The position numbers were made by a program, and so were the translations under genes. Positions 47,438 through 57,559 of a stretch of 64,000 bases of DNA are shown here, one piece after another. The notes under the pieces were generated by a model, which saw nothing but the letters and a program-made list of their open reading frames with translations, searched no databases and was not told the DNA's origin. Within the stretch, counting starts at the first letter, position 1, and every line of letters begins with the position of its first letter. Location of the stretch: the NCBI GenBank assembly GCA_965228855.1, contig CBDDIJ010000002.1:1248001-1312000 (forward strand), given 5' to 3'. This stretch comes from Candidatus Obscuribacterales bacterium. GTDB taxonomy: Bacteria; Cyanobacteriota; Vampirovibrionia; Obscuribacterales; Obscuribacteraceae.

Positions 47438-47453
47438 GCACTATATCTGGTGA
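47438..47453. promoter_or_regulatory. NrdR-box-like 16-mer upstream of the SPFH paralog
   Basis: GCACTATATCTGGTGA, identical to 46606-46621. Confidence 0.5.
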
Positions 47454-47501
47454 CATCTGGAATATCATTCGTAAGCCGCCTTTGAACCATGCGTCGCATG
47501 G

Positions 47502-48191
47502 TCAATCTTCAATCAGCAGATTCTTGTACGGCTCTACAAAAACTATTGGACCGTCGCGCTCGACGATCATTACTTTCGTTCCTTTGTTGATTGCTGTGCC
47601 AGGTTTTGACCTCGCCACAGAAGAATAAATTTTGGATTGAATGACATAGGTCACTTCGCCCGGACGATTTTCTGCGATTGGTATGAGCACCTCTGCCACG
47701 TGACCGATGAGGTCATCCGAGCGCAGGTGTGTTGAACTTGTACCGTAGCGCATCATTGCTGCGATCATCGACTTGAAAATATTGATCATTGCGAAGCCGG
47801 CCAGTACTGCCGGAATCAATGTGAAATAACCGATTCCAGGGAAGAGATAGCCTACCGCATAGCCGCAAAGACCGGAAAATGCGAGAAAAATCGAAATGGA
47901 TATTGGGCTGAGCACGCTTAAAACAAACCTGCCGACTCGATATTGCACGCGGTGATCCGTGACCAGTGAATAGCGACTGGTGTCTTCGTGGTGATCGCTG
48001 TGTCCCTCGCCGCCGTCGTGGTCGGCGTGTCCACCGCCATCATCTCCGTCATGTCCGAAGTCGTGTCCGTGATGACCTGCATCATCACTGCTATCGTCCA
48101 TGTGTCCCATGACGAAGTTGAATATAAGGAATCCTCCGCCGACAAGGGCAGACATGACATAAGCCTGACTCAAAATGCCTTGGGGAAACAT
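47502..48191 (-). CDS. NfeD-like membrane protein (flotillin partner) with His/Asp-rich loop
   Basis: Three TM segments, HHGHDFGHD loop, C-terminal OB-fold LIGHVAEV..GEV..I.KGTKV; adjacent to SPFH genes. Confidence 0.85.
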   Translation of the reverse strand: MFPQGILSQAYVMSALVGGGFLIFNFVMGHMDDSSDDAGHHGHDFGHDGDDGGGHADHDGGEGHSDHHEDTSRYSLVTDHRVQYRVGRFVLSVLSPISISIFLAFSGLCGYAVGYLFPGIGYFTLIPAVLAGFAMINIFKSMIAAMMRYGTSSTHLRSDDLIGHVAEVLIPIAENRPGEVTYVIQSKIYSSVARSKPGTAINKGTKVMIVERDGPIVFVEPYKNLLIED

Positions 48192-48364
48192 ATTCGCGAT
48201 CCTCGTGTTCTACCACCGATAATGCGGTGATTTTCCTACTAGAGATACCCATGAATCGATTGCTTATAACGCCGAAACGCCCACCAGTACCTAAAGAAAA
48301 GACTAAGATTGCATTCGTATGCGTGACGTAGTACAAGTTGTGTTGGGCACCAGGCAAAGTGAAT

Positions 48365-51016
48365 ATGGAAATTGTAGTCACACACAACAATATGGACTTT
48401 GATGCACTCGCAGCGCAGTTCGGTATCACTCGGCTTTTTCCGTCAGTGAAAATTATGTTGGGTCAGCCGCTGCAGGGGAATGTTCGTGAGTTTATGTCTC
48501 TCTATCGTAGCTCTCTGCCGATAGTGCAGGCGAAATATATTGATTACGAAAAACTGTCGCGTGTTTTTGTTGTCGACTGCCAGCAAGTTGAACGATTGGA
48601 TGGAGCGCTTCGAGAGTTTTTGATGTCCGCAGAACCTCGACCGGAGATTGTCGTATACGACCATCATGAGCTTGATCCCAACGGTCTTGTAAAAATCGCC
48701 AGCGCAGAATCGATAATCAAACGAGTTGGGTCGGCGACTACCTTGGTCGTGGAGCAGTTGCGAAAAAAGAAAGCGAAGTTGTCAGCGTTCGAGGCAACTC
48801 TACTAGCCATGGGTATTTACGAAGACACCGGTTCGCTCATGTTTCCGGGCACGACCGAGTTAGATGCGTTGTGCGTCGCCTATCTTTTGAAACATGGGGT
48901 GGACCTTGAGCAAGTAAACACATACACCCGCGCGAAGTTGAATGAGGAGCAGTTACGCCTGCTTGAGGAGTTGGTTAAGAACGCTCATGTCGAAACCTAT
49001 GAAGGGGTAAAAGTGGTTTTTTCCGCAGGAAAGACGAAGCCATTTGTAGAGGGTCTAGCGACAATCACCTCCAAGCTTTTAGAGATCACGTCTTGTGATG
49101 CTGCGTTTTCTGCCGTCCACATGCGCGATCGCGTGCATCTCGTCGGTCGAAGTGACACTCAGTCGATAGACGTGCGAAATGTTGTGCGACGCTTCGGTGG
49201 TGACGGTCACCGTGGAGCGGGCTCAGCTGTAGTAAAAGAGCAGAGTGCTGCACACGTTTTAAACGAAGCGCGTGAAGCTCTGGCGGAGCGAGTAGTTCCT
49301 GAAACCAACGCATCAGACATTATGATCTCTCCAGTTCGCACCATCAAGCCGACGAGCTCTATGGAAGAAGCGTCGCGAATGATGATCAGATACGGGCAGG
49401 ACGGTTTTGTCGTCGTGGAGGATGATGAAGTTGTAGGTGTGATTTCGCGCCGGGACATAGATCAGGCGATGCATCACAAATTAGGACATGCTCCCGTCCA
49501 GGGATTCATGAGCCGCCCCGTAACTTCGGTCAAGCCGGAGTCGACGTTGAGCGAAATTCAATCGTTGATGGTGAGTGAGGACATCGGCCGGGTGCCTGTA
49601 CTTACCGACGACGGCGAATTGGTTGGTTTAGTGGACCGGTCGACAGTACTGCAAACGCTATACGGAGAGAATGCTGTCGGCACTGAAGCTTCTGAGATCG
49701 AGGAGACTGTCCCGCGCTCAAAAAAACGCGCGCGCTTGCCGCAGCTGAACGAAAAATTGGATCATCTGGAAAAGCCTGTTCAATGGCTGTGTCACGAAGT
49801 CGGTCGGGTTGCTGCCAAAAATAGTATGGTGGCGTATGCGGTGGGTGGCTTCGTGCGAGATCTGTTTCTCTCGCGAGCGAACTTTGATCTGGATTTTGTA
49901 ATCGAAGGTAATGCGATTGAACTTGCCGATGCTCTGGAGCGCGAGTATCCATCGCGCTTCGAAGTCGTCGCAAAGCATGAACGTTTTCAAACGGCGACGC
50001 TTTCATTTTACGCAGATAAGAAACTCGAAGTCGATTTGTCGACCGCGCGGACCGAGTATTATGAATATCCTGCGGCGTTGCCAACAGTGGAGCCATCCAA
50101 ACTTGAACAGGATTTGTTTCGCCGGGACTTTACCATAAATGCGCTTGCTGTGTGCTTAAACCCAGGTCGCTACGGTGAGCTGGTCGACCATTTTGATGGT
50201 CTTGCCGACCTGAAAAGAAAGATCGTCCGCATCCTTCATCCGTTTAGTTTCATCGAGGACCCGACACGCATAGTCCGCGCCGTCAGATTTGCGGCTCGAC
50301 TCAATTTTCACATGGACGCCAAGACAAAAGAGCGCGCCAGGAAAGCCATCTCCATGGGTGTTTTTGACGAACTCGGCGGCGTCCGTCTACGCGAAGAGAT
50401 TAGACTGATTCTGGACTCACCCAATCGTCTTGTTGCTCTCGACCTGCTTGGTGAGCTCGGTGGAAGCTTGCGATTTTTGCAAGCCGACCTTGAATACAAT
50501 TTGAGAACGAAGCATCTCGTCCGTCGCTCGGAACGATTGTTGGAACGTTATCACGTCGAGGACTCCTTTACTGTTTACCTCGGACTGCTCGTGAGCTCTG
50601 TGCCAAGCGAAAGATTGGAAGCGGTTTTAGAACGACTGGCATTGACGAACGACCAGAAAGTGACGATTGAAAAAGGGATCGCATTAGCGAAGATGGATGG
50701 TGACGACGCTGAGCTAGCCAGCCGAAGTAGAATTTTCAGACTGATGAAAGGACACTCGCCGGAGTCCCTGGCAATTGCGGCGAGTTTAGCAGCAGCGGGA
50801 ACGAGCGTCCGACGGATGATCAAGCTCTATCTGGATGAACTCTCCAATATTTCAGTCAAGCTGAGCGGTCATGATCTGGTCGAAATGGGTATCTCGGAGG
50901 GACCGCAAATTGGCAAGGTGCTGAGCGGTTTACTCGAAGGTCGACTGGAAGGAACAATCAAGTCAGAAGCAGATGAGAAGAAATTTGTTCAGACCTGCAT
51001 CAAGGCGTCGAAGTAA
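48365..51016 (+). CDS. DHH-DHHA1-CBS-fused class II tRNA nucleotidyltransferase (likely A-adding enzyme)
   Basis: THNNMDFDA, DHH, GGDGH; CBS pair; VGGFVRD..DLD, RRDFTINA, EDPTR motifs. Confidence 0.92.
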   Translation: MEIVVTHNNMDFDALAAQFGITRLFPSVKIMLGQPLQGNVREFMSLYRSSLPIVQAKYIDYEKLSRVFVVDCQQVERLDGALREFLMSAEPRPEIVVYDHHELDPNGLVKIASAESIIKRVGSATTLVVEQLRKKKAKLSAFEATLLAMGIYEDTGSLMFPGTTELDALCVAYLLKHGVDLEQVNTYTRAKLNEEQLRLLEELVKNAHVETYEGVKVVFSAGKTKPFVEGLATITSKLLEITSCDAAFSAVHMRDRVHLVGRSDTQSIDVRNVVRRFGGDGHRGAGSAVVKEQSAAHVLNEAREALAERVVPETNASDIMISPVRTIKPTSSMEEASRMMIRYGQDGFVVVEDDEVVGVISRRDIDQAMHHKLGHAPVQGFMSRPVTSVKPESTLSEIQSLMVSEDIGRVPVLTDDGELVGLVDRSTVLQTLYGENAVGTEASEIEETVPRSKKRARLPQLNEKLDHLEKPVQWLCHEVGRVAAKNSMVAYAVGGFVRDLFLSRANFDLDFVIEGNAIELADALEREYPSRFEVVAKHERFQTATLSFYADKKLEVDLSTARTEYYEYPAALPTVEPSKLEQDLFRRDFTINALAVCLNPGRYGELVDHFDGLADLKRKIVRILHPFSFIEDPTRIVRAVRFAARLNFHMDAKTKERARKAISMGVFDELGGVRLREEIRLILDSPNRLVALDLLGELGGSLRFLQADLEYNLRTKHLVRRSERLLERYHVEDSFTVYLGLLVSSVPSERLEAVLERLALTNDQKVTIEKGIALAKMDGDDAELASRSRIFRLMKGHSPESLAIAASLAAAGTSVRRMIKLYLDELSNISVKLSGHDLVEMGISEGPQIGKVLSGLLEGRLEGTIKSEADEKKFVQTCIKASK

Positions 51017-51024
51017 TTGGCGCT

Positions 51025-52059
51025 TCAATCAATCAAAATTGGAAATTCTTTTGGGACCATCACTGTCACCGCCCGTGGTGCAACCTCTATTGTCATAGGG
51101 GTCGTTCCGCAGGCGTCTCCATCTATCATTGCAGTGGCTTCTTTGTTGAGAACCAGCGGAGGTTTCTCATAAAAACCGAATGAGTTTTTAAATCGTCGCC
51201 AGGTTTTGTCAATTAAAGATGAGTGCCGGCTGACCGGAACGACTTCCAATTTCACAGACCGGGTCACTTTCTTCACGTAGTATGGTGCGTCCTGTTCGCC
51301 GCCCAGTCCACCGGCAAACCGAAATCCCATCTCAAGATAGTCGTGAAATTCTTTCGGTTTTAAGACGCAAAGGTCTAGTATGCCGTCATCCAGGCGCGCT
51401 GATTCTGATAGCAACCCGATACCGAGGTCGGCGATATTTGTCACGAACACACCAGCAGCAGCCACTGTAACGGTTTCTTCCTCGTCGATGGTCACGCGCA
51501 TGAGGAGGGGCGCCTGGGCTAGCGTGTGAACCAGAGAGCCTGCATACGCCAGCATCTTCCAGTTGACCTTGTTGTGATGCTCGGGCATGAGGATTGCGTC
51601 GCTCATTGGACCGACTCCTGCGGCGACCGCGAAACGGTGACCGTTCATGATTCCCAGGTCCATTGTGAAAGGCTTGCCGTTCACCAATGTGTCGACGGCC
51701 TTATCGAGTGGGTCGGATAATAGATTTTCGTCGTACAGGCCTAGGTTTCTGGCCAGTTGGTTGCCCGTGCCGGCTGGCACGATACCTACAGGTACTCTGG
51801 TAGGTGCCAGCGACGCAGCCTCCAGAGCAATGCGAATCGTGCCGTCACCACCGGTCGCGACCAGCAAATCAGCGCCATTCTGAAGAAAGTCCAGTATTTC
51901 TTGCGTGTCCGTTTCAGGCGTGGTCGCGATTGTTGCGACTTCGTATCCGGAACCGCAAAGCTTGTGAACTATCTTTCCGACCCACCACTCGGGCGATACA
52001 GCCGATCCGGCGTGGGGGTTGTAAAGTAAATAACCACGTTTACGCACGTTGCTAGTCAA
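51025..52059 (-). CDS. Diacylglycerol/lipid kinase family (YegS/BmrU-like)
   Basis: YNPHAG, GGDGT, PAGTGNQLA, IDGD; TTG start with GGAGG. Confidence 0.92.
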   Translation of the reverse strand: MTSNVRKRGYLLYNPHAGSAVSPEWWVGKIVHKLCGSGYEVATIATTPETDTQEILDFLQNGADLLVATGGDGTIRIALEAASLAPTRVPVGIVPAGTGNQLARNLGLYDENLLSDPLDKAVDTLVNGKPFTMDLGIMNGHRFAVAAGVGPMSDAILMPEHHNKVNWKMLAYAGSLVHTLAQAPLLMRVTIDEEETVTVAAAGVFVTNIADLGIGLLSESARLDDGILDLCVLKPKEFHDYLEMGFRFAGGLGGEQDAPYYVKKVTRSVKLEVVPVSRHSSLIDKTWRRFKNSFGFYEKPPLVLNKEATAMIDGDACGTTPMTIEVAPRAVTVMVPKEFPILID

Positions 52060-52367
52060 GAGCCTCCATTAGCCACCCTGTGCGGGATATCGGGCGTATA
52101 TAGATGCGAGCGTTAGAACAATCTCGCTTGCAGTGGAAGTCAACAGTCGATAAAATCCTCGCTTGTACTCGAACCTGTGGACTTCTGGATAGTTTCACCT
52201 AGGTTTGAGGTTGGGTCCAGGTACAGATAAAGATCTAATTTCCCCGATCAGATAGTTCTGTGTTAAGTTTGATGGGCTCACATTCGGATATTAGCCGATT
52301 TTCAATATCCAAGTGTCAGCGCAGTGATTTGCTTACAGCTATCTATCTAGTGGAAAGGTAGGGGTTT

Positions 52368-52964
52368 GTGAAGGAATTAAGTCGAAAACTGTCATGCATG
52401 GCTGTCGCAGCCGTGCTTACGTTAGGACTATCTGGAACGGCATTAGCTGATTCGCATTCGTCGGGTGTTGTGGAGCACGCAACAGTCACCGAATCGGTCA
52501 TCGATGGCGACAGATATTCAGTCACAAAGATTGTCGTTCATGCAGCGCCCCATCAAGTCTGGAATGTCCTGGCAGACTTCGATAACGCGCCCAAAGTGTT
52601 CCCGCAAATGAAAAAATGCGAAGTCATCAAAGACGAGGGACACTCGAAGATCGTGAAACACACGGTTGCACCCAGTGGACCGGTTGGAACATATTCGTAC
52701 ACTCTGCGCATCACGGAGAAGGCTCCGAAATTTATGGAGTGGCACCGTCTGAGTGGAGCGTTCAAACAGGTCAAAGGCTTCTGGAAGCTTGAGCCGCTAG
52801 ACAATGGTCGCACCACGCAGGTGACATATGCGAGTTTCGTCGACGGTGGATTTTTCGTCCCGGCTCCGTTGATTCGTCGTCAGAGCCGAATTGACATGCC
52901 GTCGGTGATGACCGCTTTGAAGTCGCAAGTGGAATCGAAAATTCAAATTGCAGGCAAGCCCTAA
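52368..52964 (+). CDS. Exported SRPBCC/START (polyketide-cyclase-like) protein
   Basis: Signal peptide; VHAAPHQVWNVLADF..FP..G.WKLEP. Confidence 0.85.
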   Translation: MKELSRKLSCMAVAAVLTLGLSGTALADSHSSGVVEHATVTESVIDGDRYSVTKIVVHAAPHQVWNVLADFDNAPKVFPQMKKCEVIKDEGHSKIVKHTVAPSGPVGTYSYTLRITEKAPKFMEWHRLSGAFKQVKGFWKLEPLDNGRTTQVTYASFVDGGFFVPAPLIRRQSRIDMPSVMTALKSQVESKIQIAGKP

Positions 52965-53015
52965 ACCGCTTCCAGCAATCAAACACTTCTTTATAGGTTC
53001 CGAAGTTTTCGGAAC

Positions 53016-53450
53016 CTATTCTATTCTCATGCGCTGTTTTCTGGCTGGGGGACGCTCTTCCCTGGTTTCACCTTGTCGCGCTTTATTCCGGTCGGCGGGA
53101 TCGTCGCCATAGAGTTCATCTTTAGGTGGCGGTGGCGGATCTAATATAGCGGGTGTTGTCGGTGCAGTTTTCGGTTTCTCTTTTGGAACTAAACCGCTCA
53201 CGCCTTGCGAAGCATTCACAAATGAACTTTTCAAAGAATCACCGTTCATTACGGCTACTACTGCTCCGATAATAATGAGCGTGCAAACAACAAGACCAAT
53301 CAGGAAATTTTTCAAGGCTGGTATCGCATCCGGTGCACTTCCCGCACTCTTTCCTCCGGCCGGACTGGTGCTTTTGGAAGACTTGCCACCATTTTTGGAT
53401 GGCTCCATACGCTTTTGCTTTTCCGACGAGTCACGTTGAGATAGAGGCAT
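53016..53450 (-). CDS. Small single-pass membrane protein, Pro-rich
   Basis: One TM helix; 12 bp downstream of the pseudokinase gene. Confidence 0.7.
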   Translation of the reverse strand: MPLSQRDSSEKQKRMEPSKNGGKSSKSTSPAGGKSAGSAPDAIPALKNFLIGLVVCTLIIIGAVVAVMNGDSLKSSFVNASQGVSGLVPKEKPKTAPTTPAILDPPPPPKDELYGDDPADRNKARQGETREERPPARKQRMRIE

Positions 53451-53462
53451 TGATCGGAAACC

Positions 53463-56354
53463 TCACTTGGGGCGGTCATCATAGTTTGAATATTCGATGC
53501 GGACTCTGCTTGGTCTCCGCTTGCTTTGCGCGGAGTTGTTGGTCACTCCGAAGGATGGGCTGTCGGAAGAGGCAGTGGTTTGCCCGGGTTGCCTCGGGAC
53601 TGCCCACGGTTGCAGGGTGGTATGGATTTCGTGGGGTTTAAGCTTACGCTTGAGGAGTCCCGCGTCTTTCTTTGGCTTTTCCAGAACTATCTTGGGACCT
53701 TCTTCTACTGGTATTTCTTCTGGCTCAATTTTTCTTCCTGGCAGAATCATGCTGAGTTGGCGTGAAGCCTGGAAGTACATTTCCCTCACTTGTTTCGGAT
53801 TCGTCAGGATGTACGTGATGCAACCTACGGTAAGTCCTCCGCAGATGACGATAAAGCCTATCAATCGAGCCATTGTAGCCAGGGGCGACCGCCTTGGGCC
53901 GGCTGTCTGTGCGGCGACTTGCTCGGCAAACTTCATCACCACAGTTTGTTCCTGGTTGGACTGTTTTTTCTTCAGTGCGACTAGTTCGCGAATCGTGCTT
54001 CTAATTCGTTGAGGTCCAGTGCGGCTTTGAGCTTTTCGAATTCTGCGACGTTGCTGAGGTGTGACTTCTTGGACCAAATTGCTTAGTTCGGCGGCTGGTA
54101 CTACCGGTGGTGATTGATAGCTTTCGGCAACCGGCGTTTGTTCGGGCTGTTGATATTGAACAGGAGCCTCCGGTTCCGCTCCCGGGTAGGGAACGTGCTG
54201 CGGGTACGTCGGCGCTTCACCGAGGTCCAGGACAGGCACCTCTGTGGTATCGTATTCTGGTTCTTCCGCGAATTCCGCATGAACTGCTTGAATCCACTCT
54301 TGGATTGCTTGTTTGAAGGTCGTGATAGAGTCTGTGCGATATTGAGGCTCCGCATCCAGGGCTTCTTGAACAATTTCGTTTAGCTGGTGCACTCGTTTAA
54401 GATCCGGATTGAAACGAGCTAGAGGTTCCGGAGCTTGTTCTGCGTCGACCCGCCCCCTGCCGTCGAACGGCAGGTGACCGGTAGCCATGCGAAACGCTAT
54501 GGCACCGAGACTGTAAACATCGGATTGCGCAGTTATGGTAGCTCCACTCAGAGTTTCTGGGCTTAAATAAGCGAATGCTTTGGTTCTGGAAGTGGTATCG
54601 CCAGCGATATCAGCTAATGCCGCGATCTGGAAATCGCAAATCTTCACCTGTAGTTGCTCGTTCTCGTCGATCAGTAGAATGTTGTGCGGTGTTAGTCTGT
54701 CGTGAGTACACTGATGACTGTGTGCGTATTCTAGAGCAGACGCAGTTTGCGTCAGGATTAAAGCAATGGCGTCTTCATCATCAAGCTTTTCGACCGATTG
54801 AAGGATCTCTTCGAGAGTGACACCTTGTTGATTCTCCATCATGTAGAACGGCTGTCCATCAGGAGATTCTAAGTAGTGAAGGGACTTGATGATGTGCGGA
54901 TGTTTCAGTCTTCCCTGTTTAACGACTGCTTGCTGAAACTTCTCTTTAACCAGTGGATTGAGAACCTTCGGAGTTTTTACTGCAACTACGTCGTCGTTAT
55001 TAAGCTGCATTGCCGAATAGACGAAACAATACGAGCCTTCGCCGATCAAGTCCATCACGGCGTAGTTGTCGAAGAGTGTTTGACCGATGAGAGAAATTTT
55101 TCTGTTGGGGTTAGCCGCAGCACCCTTCGGGGCGGCAAGACTTTGCGAAGCATCCGGCGTAGGTTGTAATTGCGCTTTCCCGGCGTTTTGAAGCTCGTCT
55201 TCGTCGAAAAACTCTTCATCTGAAATCTTTCCGGCGTTAAATTCACTGTATCCCGCTGGCGCCTTAATTGAAATCGGCTCTCGAAATGGCACCGGGGGTG
55301 GTGTTACCGGCTTTGCCGCAGGAAGTGATTGTTGTGAAACGGCTGGCGTGACGTTCTGTGCAGGAGGAGATTGTTGTTGAACGATAGGTGCGGCAGTTTG
55401 CGCCGGGAGTGATTGTTGTGAAACTGTAGGCACAGCAGGCTGCGCGGGAAGCGGTTGTGAGACGGCTGGCGTGTCGTTCTGCGCAGGAAGCGATTGTTGT
55501 GAATCGGTAGGTGCGGCAGTTTGCGCGGGAAGGGATTGGTGTGAAACGGTTGGCGCGGCGGGCAGCGCCGGAGGCATCGCGGGGATGTCTGTAAATGAAC
55601 TTTTTCCGCCAAAGCGGTTTGCTATAGCCGCCGTCAATCCCGAGGAAGTGATCGCCGGTTTCAGCGGCCGTTCCTCTGCCTTCCGTTCTGAAGGTGGTTG
55701 CGGCGTATCGGTCTGTGGAGGAGGGTCTACCGCTGTGCTCTCTGGTATGTTTGCGGATACAGGCTCCGGTTCGTCAATGTTCTGCGGCTTGATGCTCGGA
55801 ATTTGCGCTTCCAGCCTTGTGTTAGATATTCTGGCGTCGATCGTCGTCCCCGGTTTAGCAATCTCGGGTTTTCCGCCGTCATCCATGATGTCCATGACAT
55901 GGGCACTCGACCAGGAGAACAAGCCCTCCGAATCAGTTTCACTCAAAGACGGTGCCTTGGGAGGTACGGGCGCATCTGAAGCAGTGCTGTCGCCATCCTC
56001 ACCGTCAGCGGAATTCGATGTCTTTTCTAATTTAACTCCGGAATCAGTCGTTGCCCCGAGAGCGCTTTCTTGTGATTGTTCGGAGCTGACTGCATCAGTC
56101 TCTTCAGTGTTTTTGGTTTTCGGGATCACGCGACCGGTGATCGTTGATATCTTTGGTGAGATACCCGAAGTTTCCGACTCCGAGTCCGTTTTCGCTGTCG
56201 TTTTAACCGGCGCAATCAGAGACTTCAAAGACTCGCTTGTCTTCGGTCGATCCGGCGCAAGCGAACCACCGGTGGGTTTTCCATCGGTTACAGATTTGTT
56301 GGATTGTGGGTCGAGTTTCCCGTCGCCCTGCTCGGCGTTCTGGTTGTCACTCAT
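53463..56354 (-). CDS. Membrane-anchored Hanks-type Ser/Thr pseudokinase with long disordered N-terminus
   Basis: IGEGSYCFVY..VAVK..YLSPE..SDVYSLG retained; catalytic loop HDRLTPHN and DFQ replace HRDLKPxN and DFG; C-terminal TM. Confidence 0.85.
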   Translation of the reverse strand: MSDNQNAEQGDGKLDPQSNKSVTDGKPTGGSLAPDRPKTSESLKSLIAPVKTTAKTDSESETSGISPKISTITGRVIPKTKNTEETDAVSSEQSQESALGATTDSGVKLEKTSNSADGEDGDSTASDAPVPPKAPSLSETDSEGLFSWSSAHVMDIMDDGGKPEIAKPGTTIDARISNTRLEAQIPSIKPQNIDEPEPVSANIPESTAVDPPPQTDTPQPPSERKAEERPLKPAITSSGLTAAIANRFGGKSSFTDIPAMPPALPAAPTVSHQSLPAQTAAPTDSQQSLPAQNDTPAVSQPLPAQPAVPTVSQQSLPAQTAAPIVQQQSPPAQNVTPAVSQQSLPAAKPVTPPPVPFREPISIKAPAGYSEFNAGKISDEEFFDEDELQNAGKAQLQPTPDASQSLAAPKGAAANPNRKISLIGQTLFDNYAVMDLIGEGSYCFVYSAMQLNNDDVVAVKTPKVLNPLVKEKFQQAVVKQGRLKHPHIIKSLHYLESPDGQPFYMMENQQGVTLEEILQSVEKLDDEDAIALILTQTASALEYAHSHQCTHDRLTPHNILLIDENEQLQVKICDFQIAALADIAGDTTSRTKAFAYLSPETLSGATITAQSDVYSLGAIAFRMATGHLPFDGRGRVDAEQAPEPLARFNPDLKRVHQLNEIVQEALDAEPQYRTDSITTFKQAIQEWIQAVHAEFAEEPEYDTTEVPVLDLGEAPTYPQHVPYPGAEPEAPVQYQQPEQTPVAESYQSPPVVPAAELSNLVQEVTPQQRRRIRKAQSRTGPQRIRSTIRELVALKKKQSNQEQTVVMKFAEQVAAQTAGPRRSPLATMARLIGFIVICGGLTVGCITYILTNPKQVREMYFQASRQLSMILPGRKIEPEEIPVEEGPKIVLEKPKKDAGLLKRKLKPHEIHTTLQPWAVPRQPGQTTASSDSPSFGVTNNSAQSKRRPSRVRIEYSNYDDRPK
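55317..55553 (-). repeat. Coding tandem repeat, ~42-nt unit x6 (PxxSQQSLPAQxxx)
   Basis: Peptide PTVSHQSLPAQTAA PTDSQQSLPAQNDT PAVSQPLPAQPAV PTVSQQSLPAQTAA... Confidence 0.85.
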
Positions 56355-56499
56355 TTCAACGGTTCCAGCTTGCCCCTACATTGTTCCCAGGGCTTATTTA
56401 AATATATACCTGGTCAAGCTTTTCTGTTTTATGCAGAGCGGGTAGAACATTGATAGTGCTGAGGTTCGGCGCCGCAACAATCGGTTTCGGAGTTTTACT

Positions 56500-57336
56500 A
56501 TGCGACTTACGCCATTGATATCGGCAGCTGCCGGGGTGTTCGTAATCTTATCGGCAACTGGAGTGGACGCTAAGCGATTGGATGAAACAGCTGTGAAAGC
56601 TGCTAGTCGACCACCGAAGGATTTGTGGCTGATTTCGCAAAAGACTGATGGCGGCATCAATTACACCATATGCGTGTCTAAAGGAGCGGTCAAATTCGTT
56701 ACCGGGAATCTAGCCGTCATTGCCAAGGCGCCCGATTGGAAAGTTTCCCTCTTGAACGAGAGGACCAAGCTGTACTGGCAAATGCCCCTTTCTGACTTCA
56801 CTGGCCTGGCTCCCGTAGAAAATTTTGACTTGAAACAGCTGGAGCCTGCGGCGGAAACAAACGACGAGGCTAAGGATGGTAAGCCGAAAGTCGCAAAGCG
56901 AGCGGTTCAAAAACTTGAAGGCAAACCGGACTATAGTGCGGAAAAAGCCAAGAAGATGGGCTTCACGCCTGCGAAAGTGACGGTGTGGACTTGTTCGGAT
57001 ATTCAGGCTGATCCGCAAGCGTTGGATGTTTTAGCGCGTTTGTATGGCACATCCGGAATAAAGGGAATTCCTCTGCAGGTCCAGATGGAGACAGCTTCCG
57101 GGGAGAAAATTGATTGTCTAAAAACCGAATGGTGTTTCGATCGCAATCTTGCGCCTCTGTTTTTCGATGTGACAAAGCAATTCAAAAAAGCTAAGAGCCA
57201 GGCGGATTTGATGGCCAAGCTAAACGCGAGCACCGCTCGTGGTGATTTGAAACCGCATGAAGCGGTCAGTCCTCACGTCAAGCAACTGATTAAAAACAAA
57301 GGTGCTAAAGCCGCCGCGAGTATGCCGACTCCATAG
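56500..57336 (+). CDS. Secreted hypothetical protein
   Basis: Signal peptide ending VDA; 278-aa ORF; GGAG RBS. Confidence 0.75.
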   Translation: MRLTPLISAAAGVFVILSATGVDAKRLDETAVKAASRPPKDLWLISQKTDGGINYTICVSKGAVKFVTGNLAVIAKAPDWKVSLLNERTKLYWQMPLSDFTGLAPVENFDLKQLEPAAETNDEAKDGKPKVAKRAVQKLEGKPDYSAEKAKKMGFTPAKVTVWTCSDIQADPQALDVLARLYGTSGIKGIPLQVQMETASGEKIDCLKTEWCFDRNLAPLFFDVTKQFKKAKSQADLMAKLNASTARGDLKPHEAVSPHVKQLIKNKGAKAAASMPTP

Positions 57337-57559
57337 GAGTCTTTTAAGCGCATTTGATTCGAACTTAAATTAGATGCGCCAGAAACAGTGGTAGCACATA
57401 TGGTGGCGCATGCCGACATCTGAGCGGAATGTGTTTCTTGACTACTGGTGGCTGGATTCACCCATATGAAAGTTAGTTTCGACATTATTACGATTACGAA
57501 CCTGTAAAACCAATAATGTCGCACTTCTCTGTTAAAATGAAAAACTCAAATTTATACAT

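Noticed and set aside
55471..56445. 324-aa + strand ORF and other long antisense ORFs (e.g. 3958-4836, 7848-8351)
   Set aside because: They lie wholly opposite well-supported genes, often in low-complexity regions; shadow ORFs with no recognisable motifs.
57354..57411. Similarity to 62304-62341 (gattcgaactt...atatggtggcgcat)
   Set aside because: Two short matches with different spacing, and the second site is coding; too little to call a repeat element beyond the 16-mer already reported.
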